Source: Opitutia bacterium (GTDB taxonomy: Bacteria; Verrucomicrobiota; Verrucomicrobiia; Opitutales; Opitutaceae). Taken from it: a DNA stretch of 64,000 nt. Positions 49,822 to 58,776 of this stretch are shown one piece after another (position 1 is the stretch's first letter; each line of letters begins with the position of its first letter). The notes beneath the pieces were generated by a model. That model searched no databases and was not told the origin of the DNA. It saw only the letters and a list, made by a program, of their open reading frames with translations. Made by a program: the position numbers and the translations under genes. Where the stretch lies: positions 96,001 to 160,000 of the forward strand of contig CANJVR010000001.1 in assembly GCA_947478395.1 (NCBI GenBank), written 5' to 3'.

Positions 49822-50080
49822 ACCGAGAGCAACATCCACCCAACTCAAACTCGCAGCGGGAATGAGCTTCGCGCCTCTCCCTGCTCTCCCTCTTTTAAAT
49901 TAACTTATTTTTCTCGATCCGCTGTCCAACGGGCGGGATTCACCTCACCTAAAATCTGGGCGGAGCTCGCCAGAGCCCTGTCCTAGCAAGAAAGCATCGG
50001 CACACCTACGTGGCCTGCGTTAGCCTCGATTCTTTCTCGCGCTCCGGCGCGACTCTTTTTCACAACTCCCTCATCCTCAA

Positions 50081-51364
50081 ATGACCGCCCGTCTCCTCCT
50101 ACTCCTCACCCTGCTTTCATTCCCCCTGCGCGCGGTCCAAGCCGCAGAGCCAGCCGTCACCGTTGACGCTCTCGTCGCCACAATCACCGCGCACCATCCC
50201 GAACTCGCTTTCTATGAGGCCGAGATCGCCGCCGCTCGCACTCAAACCCACACCGCCAGCGCCCTGGCCGATCCCACCCTCTCCACTTCTCTCGGCCAAA
50301 AGCGCGTCTACACGTCCTCCGGTGCGCTCGCCGGCGAAGGTACCGCCTGGTCCGTCTCCGTGACCCAAACCTTCGATTGGCCCGGTCGCCTCGCCCTGCG
50401 CAAAACGCTCGCCAACGGCCAAGTCGCCCTCGCCGAGCTCGGCCTCGCCCGCTTCCGCGCTGCCCTCGAAGCCCGCGCCCGCACGCTCACCTACGGACTC
50501 CACGCCGCCCACACCCGCGCCGCCGCCGTACGCGAAGTCGCCGACCGTTTCGCTGCGCTTAAAGAAAACTTCCTCGCCCGCGAACCCGCCGGACTCACCC
50601 CACTCCTGGAAACCCGCGTCATCGAAGCCGCGGAGCTTTCCCTCCAACGCCGCGCCACCGCCGCCGAACTCGCCCTCCACGCCGCGCTGCTGGAACTCAA
50701 CCAACTCCGCGGCGCCTCACCCGAGGCCCCGCTGCTGATCACCGCCCCCGCGCTCACTTTCGCTGCGGCCCCGGCCACCGACGCCCTCCTTGCCGCCGCT
50801 CGCGAAAATAATTTCGACTACCGCATCCGCCGCACCGAACTCGAACAACAGGGCTTCGCCGTTCGCCTCGCCCAAAACGAACGCCACCCCTCGCTCAGCA
50901 TCAGCCCGTTCTACTCGCGCGAATCCGCCGATGGCCACGAGTCCACCATCGGCCTCGGCCTCTCCCTGCCCATTCCCATCACTAGCCGCAGCCGCGCGAC
51001 CATCGATAACGCCGAGGCCCGCCGCCGGCAGGCTGAGATCGCCGCTCTCATCGCCCAACGTGACCTCGAGCACGAGGTCCTCGCCACCGCCCACGCCTTC
51101 GCCACCCACGTCGCCGAGATCCGCCGCTGGTCGCCCGACACGGCCCAAAAATTCCGCGAAGCCGCCAGCCTTGCCGACCGCCACTACCGCCTCGGCGCCG
51201 TCCCCATCGCGACTTACGTCGAACTCCAATCGAGTTACCTCGACGCCATCGAAGCCCTGCTCGACACCCAAGCCGAAGCCCTCGCCGCCGGCCTCAAACT
51301 CCGCCAACTCACCGGCCTCGACTTCAACGCCGTCACTGTCGCCCCCGCGGCCTCCGCGCCATGA
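50081..51364 (+). CDS. czcC: TolC/CzcC-type outer membrane efflux protein
   Basis: Signal peptide, HPEL, SVTQT.DW.G, GLSLPIP, Y..G motifs; overlaps the czcA start. Confidence 0.85.
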   Translation: MTARLLLLLTLLSFPLRAVQAAEPAVTVDALVATITAHHPELAFYEAEIAAARTQTHTASALADPTLSTSLGQKRVYTSSGALAGEGTAWSVSVTQTFDWPGRLALRKTLANGQVALAELGLARFRAALEARARTLTYGLHAAHTRAAAVREVADRFAALKENFLAREPAGLTPLLETRVIEAAELSLQRRATAAELALHAALLELNQLRGASPEAPLLITAPALTFAAAPATDALLAAARENNFDYRIRRTELEQQGFAVRLAQNERHPSLSISPFYSRESADGHESTIGLGLSLPIPITSRSRATIDNAEARRRQAEIAALIAQRDLEHEVLATAHAFATHVAEIRRWSPDTAQKFREAASLADRHYRLGAVPIATYVELQSSYLDAIEALLDTQAEALAAGLKLRQLTGLDFNAVTVAPAASAP

Positions 51365-54300
51365 TTGATCGCATTCTCGAGTTCGCCTTGCGCCAACGCG
51401 CGGTTGTCCTCCTTGGCACCGCCTTGCTTCTCGCCCTCGGTCTTTGGTCCGCGCTGCACCTACCCATCGACGCCGTGCCCGACATCACGGGCGTCCAAGT
51501 CCAGATCAACACCGAGGTCCCCGCGCTCGCCGCCGAAGAGTCCGAGAAACTCGTCACCCAACCCCTCGAGCTCGAACTCGCCGGCCTGCCCGGCGTCGAG
51601 GAGATGCGTTCGATCACCAAGTTTGGCCTCTCGCAGATTACCCTCCAGTTCAAAGACGACACCGACATCTTTCGCGCGCGCCAGTTAGTCGCCGAACGCC
51701 TCCAAGGCGCGCTTGAGCTCCTGCCCAAAGGCGTGCTCCCCAAACTCGCCCCGATCAGCACCGGCCTCGGCGAAATTTTGTATTACAGCGTCAACTACCG
51801 CACCGACGCCAAAACGAAACCCGCGACCGAACTCGAACAACTCATCATGCTGAGCGAGCTCCAGGAATACGTCATCAAGCCGCTCCTCCGCACCGTCCCG
51901 GGCATCGCTGAAATCAACGGCACCGGCGGCTACCAAAAACAATACGTGATCCAGCCGAGGCCCGAGGCCCTCATCGAGCGCAACCTCACCTTCAGCGAGC
52001 TCGCGGCCCTCGTCGCGCAAAACGTCGAAAACACCGGCGGGGGGATCATCAACCGCAACGGTCAACAGTTCACCATCCGCGCCGTCAGTCGCGTGCAGAC
52101 CGTTGAGGACATCGCGAACCTACCGCTTAAATTCGGCGCGGGCGCCCAACCCTTGCTGCTTAAAGAAGTCGCCGAGGTAAAAATCGGCACCAAGTTCCGC
52201 ACCGGTGCCGCCACGCTCGATGGCCACGAAACCGTCATCGGCACCGTCATGATGCTCGCCGGCGAAAACAGCCGCGAAGTCTCCCTCCGCGTCAAAGCCC
52301 GCCTCGTCGAGATCCAGTCCAAACTCCCCGACGGCGTGGAAATTCAAACCCAATACGACCGCTCGCTGCTCATCGACCGCACCATCGGCACGGTCGAAAA
52401 AAATCTTGTCGAAGGCGCCTTGCTCGTCGTCGTCGTGCTTCTGCTCCTCCTCGGCAACTGGCGCGCCGCTCTCATCGTCGCCTGCGCCATCCCGCTCTCG
52501 TTTCTCTTCGCGCTCACCGGCATGCGTTACTGGGGCATTTCCGGCAACTTGATGAGTCTCGGCGCCGTGGACTTCGGGCTCATCATCGACGGAGCGGTCG
52601 TAATCGTCGAAAACATCGTCCGCCAACTCGGTCAACGTCAGCACAAGCTCGGCCGCGCGCTCACCGTCGAGGAACGGACGCAAACCGTGCTCACCGCCAG
52701 TAAACAAGTCGGCAGCCCGATGTTCTTCGGCGTCCTCATCATTGCCGTGGTTTACCTCCCAATCCTCGCGCTCACCGGCATCGAAGGTAAAATGTTTCAC
52801 CCGATGGCGCTCACCGTGATGCTGGCACTCGGCGGCGCGCTCATCCTCTCACTCACGCTCATGCCCGCCCTCTGCGCTGGGCTGCTCCGCGGCCGTATCT
52901 CCGAAGAGGACAACCTGCTCATCCGCCTCGCCAAACGCCTTTATGCGCCCGCCCTTCATCTCGCCCTTCGCCTCCGTTGGCTGGTGACTACCGGCGCCAT
53001 CACACTCTTCGTCGGTTCGCTCTGGGTATTCACCCACCTGGGCGCGGAATTCGTGCCCAAACTCGATGAGGGTTCCATCACCGCGATGCTCTACAAACCC
53101 GTCGGTATGAGCATGGAAGAATCCCTCCGCACTGACATCGAGGTCGAGAACCGCCTCCATGCCGAGTTCCCCGAAATCACCCGCATCTTCTCCCGCATCG
53201 GCACCAGCGCCATCGCCTCCGATCCGATGCCAGCCAATGAGAGCGATGTTTATCTTTTCTACCAACCTATCAGCGCATGGCCGAAAACCGCCGGGCGCCC
53301 CACCACCAAAGCCGAGCTCTGCGTTCAAATCGAAGCCGCGTTGAAAAAAATCAATCCTGACTACGATCTCCTCTTCGCCCAGCCCATCGAAATGCGATTC
53401 AACGAAATGCTCGAAGGCACCAAGGCCGAGCTCGCGGTGAAAATCTTCGGCCCCGATTACGACGTGCTCGAACCACTCGCCAAACAGGTCAAAGCCATCC
53501 TGGAAAAAACTCCCGGCGCCGCCCAAGTAGAATACGAGACCGACGGTAGAACCCCGCAACTTCAGTTGAGCGTAAAACGTGAGATCCTCCGCCGCCACAA
53601 TCTCCAGGCCGCCGAGGTCAACCACGCCGTCCAAGCCGCCCTCGCCGGCGAAATCGTCGGCAGTATCGTCGAAGGCAACCGTCGCGGCGACATCGTCGTC
53701 CGCATGCCCGAAGCCCTCCGCGCAGACGACGCCGAGATAAAAAAACTCCCGCTGCGCGTCGGCGGCTACGGCCTGTTGCCGCTCGGCGACACGGTTGATT
53801 TTTCCACGCTGCAAACCGTCGAGCCTATCCAGCACGACGGCGGCCAACGCCGCGCCGCACTCATGATCAACCTTAGCACCCGCGACATTGAAGGCTATGT
53901 CCACCGCGTCGAAAAAACCATCGCCGCCGAGCTGAAACTGCCCGAGGGCTACGTTGTCGAATTCGGCGGCCAGTTTCAAAACCTACAAGAAGCCCGCGCG
54001 CGACTCGCCGTTGTCGTGCCTTCGGCGCTCGCGCTTATCTTTGTGTTGATCTTCATCGCCTTTGGCTCGTTGCGGCAGGCGTTTCTCGTTTATTCGGGTA
54101 TCCCGCTCGCGGTTACCGGCGGCATCGCCGCGCTCTGGTTGCGCGACATGCCGTTTAGCATCACCGCCGCCGTCGGCTTCATCGCACTCACCGGCGTCGC
54201 CGTGCTCAACGGCGTCGTCCTGCTCAGTTATTTTAACCAACTGCGCGAAGAAGGCCGCCCATTAGCCGAAGCCGTGGTCGAGGGTGCGCTCACGCGCTTA

Positions 54301-54489
54301 CGGCCCGTGCTCATGACCGCCGCCGTCGCGAGCCTCGGCTTCGTGCCCATGGCTCTCGCCACCGGCGCGGGCGCTGAAGTGCAACGCCCGCTCGCGACCG
54401 TGGTCATCGGCGGCATCGTCAGTTCGACGTTGCTCACCCTCGTCGTGCTTCCGGTGCTCTACGCGTGGTTCGAAAAAGAAAAACGTTAA
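51361..54489 (+). CDS. czcA: CzcA/CusA heavy-metal RND efflux pump
   Basis: LPIDAVPDIT, GNLMSLGAVDFG.I.DG, GKMFHPMA, RLRPVLMTA, GAEVQRPLATVVIGG. Confidence 0.95.
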   Translation: MIDRILEFALRQRAVVLLGTALLLALGLWSALHLPIDAVPDITGVQVQINTEVPALAAEESEKLVTQPLELELAGLPGVEEMRSITKFGLSQITLQFKDDTDIFRARQLVAERLQGALELLPKGVLPKLAPISTGLGEILYYSVNYRTDAKTKPATELEQLIMLSELQEYVIKPLLRTVPGIAEINGTGGYQKQYVIQPRPEALIERNLTFSELAALVAQNVENTGGGIINRNGQQFTIRAVSRVQTVEDIANLPLKFGAGAQPLLLKEVAEVKIGTKFRTGAATLDGHETVIGTVMMLAGENSREVSLRVKARLVEIQSKLPDGVEIQTQYDRSLLIDRTIGTVEKNLVEGALLVVVVLLLLLGNWRAALIVACAIPLSFLFALTGMRYWGISGNLMSLGAVDFGLIIDGAVVIVENIVRQLGQRQHKLGRALTVEERTQTVLTASKQVGSPMFFGVLIIAVVYLPILALTGIEGKMFHPMALTVMLALGGALILSLTLMPALCAGLLRGRISEEDNLLIRLAKRLYAPALHLALRLRWLVTTGAITLFVGSLWVFTHLGAEFVPKLDEGSITAMLYKPVGMSMEESLRTDIEVENRLHAEFPEITRIFSRIGTSAIASDPMPANESDVYLFYQPISAWPKTAGRPTTKAELCVQIEAALKKINPDYDLLFAQPIEMRFNEMLEGTKAELAVKIFGPDYDVLEPLAKQVKAILEKTPGAAQVEYETDGRTPQLQLSVKREILRRHNLQAAEVNHAVQAALAGEIVGSIVEGNRRGDIVVRMPEALRADDAEIKKLPLRVGGYGLLPLGDTVDFSTLQTVEPIQHDGGQRRAALMINLSTRDIEGYVHRVEKTIAAELKLPEGYVVEFGGQFQNLQEARARLAVVVPSALALIFVLIFIAFGSLRQAFLVYSGIPLAVTGGIAALWLRDMPFSITAAVGFIALTGVAVLNGVVLLSYFNQLREEGRPLAEAVVEGALTRLRPVLMTAAVASLGFVPMALATGAGAEVQRPLATVVIGGIVSSTLLTLVVLPVLYAWFEKEKR

Positions 54490-54624
54490 CCCAGTTGCCG
54501 TTCGCACCATAAAAATCTGGGCGAGCGGCCGGCCCGACCCAGCGTACTGGGAAAGCTTGTTCGACGTTTCCGCCCCCTCAGCCGCCGCAACCGGGCGGCT
54601 CTGCGCCGATCATAAGTCAAGACA

Positions 54625-54847
54625 CCAGCTTTGCCCGCATCTGGGGTGAGCCACGTGCTTCATGCGCGATCAAAAAGTCGGGGGCCAGCAACTGCGCGTG
54701 CGCGCCGGGGTGCGCAATCTCGTCGACCTCGAGAATAGCAAGATTCGCAAGACCGGTTTCACCACGATGGCCAACGGGGCCAACGTCTACCGCTACTCGT
54801 ACGTGATGCCGGCTCAATATGACCTCTCGGTTACCGTCAAATTCTAG
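54625..54847 (+). pseudogene. C-terminal remnant of a TonB-dependent receptor-like beta-barrel gene
   Basis: LRVRAGVRNLVD...P.QYDLSVTVKF*, the typical last strands with a terminal Phe; no upstream body. Confidence 0.6.
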
Positions 54848-54868
54848 TCCAGTTGACGCGCCTGGTGC

Positions 54869-55259
54869 TGATCGGATTCGGCTTTTCGGGCCACCCTCAG
54901 AGTTGGTCCGGGCGATTGGCTGATGCTGATAGTGCTGACGCTGGTTATGCATCCCTGGCCGGAGCCAGGGATGGATCGAGACTGGGCGCGGCATTGACCG
55001 AGCTTGCGCAGTTGCTGAAGGTCTGACGCTGGCCGCATTCCCCCTGGCTCCGTTCCGGGCGATCACGTCACGCTGACCTGGACCGGATGCACGCCGTGTT
55101 TGGCGGCGATTGCGTGGATCGAGTCGATGCCCTTCAGGGCATCAAGACCAACTTGAGCTTTGAACTGGGCACGGTGCTGACGGCGTTTCTTGGACGTGAG
55201 AATCGTTGTCCTGACTTTGGGTTAACGATCCGACTTTTCCAACTTTCGGGTCCCGCTCA
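54869..55259 (-). mobile_element. Internally deleted IS3-family remnant
   Basis: Minus strand 55197-55072 encodes SKKRRQHRAQFKAQVGLDALKG...IAAKHGVHPVQVS (IS3 OrfA HTH; start mutated to ACG). TG-initiated ends at 55259 (TGAGCGGGACCCGAAAGTTGG) and 54869 (TGATCGGATTCGG...). Confidence 0.75.
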
Positions 55260-55272
55260 GCTGCATAAAAAA

Positions 55273-57090
55273 TCAGTGGGCGGAACGAACTAGATCTTCA
55301 GCGGCGCGAGCCGTGTAATTCTCGGCGCCGTTGGCGACGGTGGTTTTAGCTAATGACGCGATCAAGCCTAGCACGCTCGCGGGCGCTTTGCCCGGGATGC
55401 GGGCGACTACGTTAAGGGCAAACAACCGACCTTCCGATTTTGTGGCATCTTCGAGTGCGGATTCGATCACTTTCCAAGCGTTCGCATTTTCACCGCGCCG
55501 CAAAATCGCTTCGGCTGCCGCCAGTCGCACCGCCATTTCCCCATCGCTCAAAAGCGACGTCATATCTGGCAACGTCTCCGCGCGCAGCGCCGCGACCGCC
55601 GCCCAATAGCGGATAACTGCCTCTGACGCGCGCAAACCAGCCGCAAGGGCCTTGGCGTCGGGCGCCGCCGGTAGCTGCAACGTGTCGATGGTGTCGAGGA
55701 CCCGAGCAAGCGGGTAGCGCGTCTCATCCGCGGCGACGAGGGCCGGCGAAGCTTTCGCAGCCCAGTCAATCATGAGTGGCTCCGGCATGAACCCGGTGTC
55801 ACGAATCGCGAGTTGATGCCCCCGCAGTGCGGCACGGAGTCGCAGCAAATGCGAACGCGCGGTAGGATCGTTGACCAAATTTCGGACGTTGTCCGGATCG
55901 TTGGCGCAGTCAAAAAGTTCCTCGACGGGTTTGAGTTCGAAGAACGCGCTTTGGGCGGCGTTGAGTTTACCCGCGGCATGCAGGCTCGCCCATTCGGCCA
56001 TCGAGGCTTGTTGCCATAGATAGTTGAGATGCTGGCCCCAGGGCTGGCTCGGGTAGTAATTACGGATGTAGCGGTAGCGTCCATCGGTCACCGCGCGGGC
56101 GAGATCATAACGTTCGTCCATGCGATCGCGGAATGAAAACGTGTACATGGGCGCGGCGGCGCGGGCCGGGCCGGCGATGGCGCGGCCTTGAAATTGGGCG
56201 GGTAACGGTACGCCGGCGAGACTCAGTACGGTAGGCGCGAAATCGACGAAGTTCACGAGTTCGCCGAAGTGTGAATCAGGCGCAGCGGGCGCGAGGTGTT
56301 GATGTTTTTTCGGAAAATGCGCGATTAACGGAGGATGGGTTCCGTTCTCATAGAGGAAGCGTTTGCTGCGCGAGACGGCGCCACCGTGGTCGCCGTAATA
56401 AAAAATGATCGTGTCTTCGGCGAGGCCATCTTCGGCGAGTTGATCGAGGATTTTTCCGAGCGCTGCATCGGCGCGGGCGACGCAATCATAGTATTGAGCG
56501 ATATCAGCGCGGACGGTCGGAGTATCGGGCAGATAAGCAGGCACACGGACCTTAGCGGGATCGGTCACGAGCGGGGCGCGCTTGTGAAGGTTACTTTCAT
56601 GCGATTGTTCGAAATTAAAGATCGCGAAAAAGGGTTGGCCGGGGGCGCGGTGACGCCAGTGAGCGCGGTTGTTGTTCTCGTTCCAGGCCGGGTCCCAATC
56701 GCTGGAGGTGTTGTAGTCGGTCTTGGCATTGTTAGTCGTGAAATAACCGGCGGCGCGGAGGTATTCGGGGAAAAATTTCACGCCTTCGGGCAGCGGACGT
56801 TGGCTGCGCATGTGTTGCGTGCCCATGCTACTGGCGAAACGGCCCGTGATGATGCTCGAGCGCGTCGGGGCACAGACAGCCGAGGTGGAATAACAGCGAT
56901 CGAAGACGATACCACCGGCGGCGATGCGATCGATGTTGGGCGTGCGCGCCAGCGGGTCGCCGTAAGGCCCGACGGTGGTGGCAACATTATCCTCGGTGAC
57001 GACCCAGAGGATGTTGGGCCGATCAGCCGCAGTAAGCGCGCCCGTGAGGACTAAAGTAACAAAGAAAAGAGCACGGATGAATGAGGGCAT
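55273..57090 (-). CDS. Secreted sulfatase with C-terminal HEAT-like repeats
   Basis: RPNILW...ED, CAPTR (CxPxR), GDHG, DFAPT.L, RMDE; HEAT-like VIRYWA and VRLAAAEA. Confidence 0.93.
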   Translation of the reverse strand: MPSFIRALFFVTLVLTGALTAADRPNILWVVTEDNVATTVGPYGDPLARTPNIDRIAAGGIVFDRCYSTSAVCAPTRSSIITGRFASSMGTQHMRSQRPLPEGVKFFPEYLRAAGYFTTNNAKTDYNTSSDWDPAWNENNNRAHWRHRAPGQPFFAIFNFEQSHESNLHKRAPLVTDPAKVRVPAYLPDTPTVRADIAQYYDCVARADAALGKILDQLAEDGLAEDTIIFYYGDHGGAVSRSKRFLYENGTHPPLIAHFPKKHQHLAPAAPDSHFGELVNFVDFAPTVLSLAGVPLPAQFQGRAIAGPARAAAPMYTFSFRDRMDERYDLARAVTDGRYRYIRNYYPSQPWGQHLNYLWQQASMAEWASLHAAGKLNAAQSAFFELKPVEELFDCANDPDNVRNLVNDPTARSHLLRLRAALRGHQLAIRDTGFMPEPLMIDWAAKASPALVAADETRYPLARVLDTIDTLQLPAAPDAKALAAGLRASEAVIRYWAAVAALRAETLPDMTSLLSDGEMAVRLAAAEAILRRGENANAWKVIESALEDATKSEGRLFALNVVARIPGKAPASVLGLIASLAKTTVANGAENYTARAAEDLVRSAH

Positions 57091-57131
57091 AAAAAAGCGG
57101 TGAAGGACCAGCGTTAGCCGGAATTTTTCTT

Positions 57132-57277
57132 TGAGCGGGCCCCGAAAACTGGGCCCCGTGGAGTGTTAGTCTTTGGCTTGGGTTGATGTGCTGACTGCGG
57201 TTGTGGTTGGCAATCCCAAGCGGAGGGACAAACCGGCTTGGCGGTTCAGCCCGGAGCTTGGGATGGGTAAAAGTTTT
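57132..57277 (-). mobile_element. Isolated IS3-family right-end remnant
   Basis: TGAGCGGGCCCCGAAAACTGG matches the end at 55259 at 18/21. The interior resembles 54869-54990 (ccatccc..gctccgg segment, C/A-rich tail). Confidence 0.6.
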
Positions 57278-57291
57278 CCCGCTGCCTCCCC

Positions 57292-57426
57292 GCCTCCACG
57301 CCCCCCCCCCCCGCTACCTCCCCGCTGTCTGCGTATCTTCCACCCGCGCCTCGTTTCCGCTAAGCGCCTCGGACCGAAGTCCGTCGGGCCTAAACTCAAC
57401 TGGTACCAGGGGTGGGGACGAATCCA
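57292..57426 (-). repeat. Degenerate copy of the tRNA-Leu 3' end plus downstream flank (att-like)
   Basis: Aligns with 58354-58486; core tggtaccaggggtggggacgaatcca vs tggtgcccggggtgggggtcgaaccca. Confidence 0.8.
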
Positions 57427-57504
57427 AACCCTCATCCTTCGCGCCCTTCACGGCTTCGCGTGACACCTCCGATGCCTTGCGAGGCCCCGCCGCCAGCCTC
57501 GCGC

Positions 57505-58221
57505 TTATAGCAGCTTCGCCAACAGCGGATCCAACTCGGCCGCCCACAGCTCGTAGCCTTCGGGCGTGAGGTGGAGCTTGTCCGGGCCAAGGCCTTTCCA
57601 ACTGTCGCCTGCGGGAGTCATCTTCGCCGCGAGATCAAGATAGAACACGCTGCCATTGTCCGCGAAGCCCTTGGTCCGGGCATTGACCGCCATCATCTTT
57701 TCGTTGGCGCGCGCGTTCGGGAGGATGCTCATGAGGATCACCTTGACACCGGGGAAGGTCGCCCGGGATTTCGTCAGCACGGCTTTGACGCCGGCCGCGA
57801 TGTCTTCCGACGTGTCGCGGGTGTTGTTGGTGCCGATCAGGAGGACGGCCACCTTGGGCCGGAAGGCGGCGACGTCCATGTGCTCCAGCCGCCAGAGCGT
57901 GTGCTGGGTGGCATCGGCACCGACGCCGAAGTCGAGCGCGTTGCGTCCGGCATAGTGTTTATCCCAGACTTCCTTGCCGCGCGTCGTCCACATTTGTGTG
58001 ATGGAGTCGCCGATGAAGATAATATCGCAGGGCTTGCCCTTCATCGCGGCGACCAGCGCCTCACATGCCTTGTTGTCGGCGGCGTGGCGGCCGGTGTAGT
58101 TCGAGTCACTGGGGACCGTGGTGGAAGGCGCGCCCGCCGGGGTGTCAGCGGCGGAAAGTGACTGCGGAGCGATCAGAGCCGCGGTCAGGAAAAGGACGGC
58201 AAGGAAGAGACGGAGGTTCAT
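57505..58221 (-). CDS. Secreted GDSL/SGNH esterase (PAF-acetylhydrolase Ib-like)
   Basis: IFIGDSIT, G.G.D.TQH.LWRL, IGTNN, DKLHL..EGY. Confidence 0.9.
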   Translation of the reverse strand: MNLRLFLAVLFLTAALIAPQSLSAADTPAGAPSTTVPSDSNYTGRHAADNKACEALVAAMKGKPCDIIFIGDSITQMWTTRGKEVWDKHYAGRNALDFGVGADATQHTLWRLEHMDVAAFRPKVAVLLIGTNNTRDTSEDIAAGVKAVLTKSRATFPGVKVILMSILPNARANEKMMAVNARTKGFADNGSVFYLDLAAKMTPAGDSWKGLGPDKLHLTPEGYELWAAELDPLLAKLL

Positions 58222-58459
58222 GGGGATTGGGGCTGAGGTCACCCTTGGCTGATTTAATTCGCCGGGCCAGCGGTAATTTCTCCGCACCACTGCGCAGGGC
58301 GCCCAGCTGCAGTACGGGAAGGGAAATGGAACGCTCAGCGCGTTAGGGAGTCGGCCTCCACGTTTCACCCCGCGACCTCCCCGCTGCCTGCGTCTCCCCC
58401 GCCTGACCCTTGCTGCCGCTAACCGCTTCAGACTGAAGTCGGCCGGGCCTGAACTCAGC

Positions 58460-58544
58460 TGGTGCCCGGGGTGGGGGTCGAACCCACAAACCTTGCGGTG
58501 GTAGATTTTGAGTCTACTGCGTCTGCCAATTCCGCCACCCGGGC
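58460..58544 (-). tRNA. tRNA-Leu(CAA)
   Basis: gcccgggtggcggaattggcagacgca-gtaga-ctCAAaa-tctac, long variable arm, CCA. Confidence 0.96.
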
Positions 58545-58648
58545 GAGGGCAACGAGACACCAGAGTTAAAACCGCCCCTCGCGGTGTCCACGCAATTTTC
58601 ACGTGAAAGATTTTTGAACATCCCGAAAAGCCCCGCGTCTCCCTCCCC

Positions 58649-58736
58649 GTTAGTTACCCGTTCTTTTTGGTAGTTCATAGTAGTAGTTAAGTCGGCAAGG
58701 GCGCTGGACCGCGAGGTCTGGCGCCTTTTCTGTTTT
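58649..58736 (+). ncRNA. Candidate small RNA (TAGTT-rich single-stranded part plus terminator hairpin)
   Basis: TTGAAC at 58614; three tagtt motifs; aagggcgctggacc-gcga-ggtctggcgcctttt hairpin with no upstream + strand gene to terminate. Confidence 0.4.
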
Positions 58737-58776
58737 CCCTCGACCCGACTTCGCCGCCGTCTTCGCTCACCTGCCT

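Noticed and set aside
55087..55293. 68-aa + strand ORF
   Set aside because: Antisense of the IS3 OrfA remnant.
57301..57312. C12 homopolymer as a phase-variation tract
   Set aside because: It lies in a non-coding degenerate att flank, not in a gene or evident promoter, and may be a slippage or sequencing artefact.
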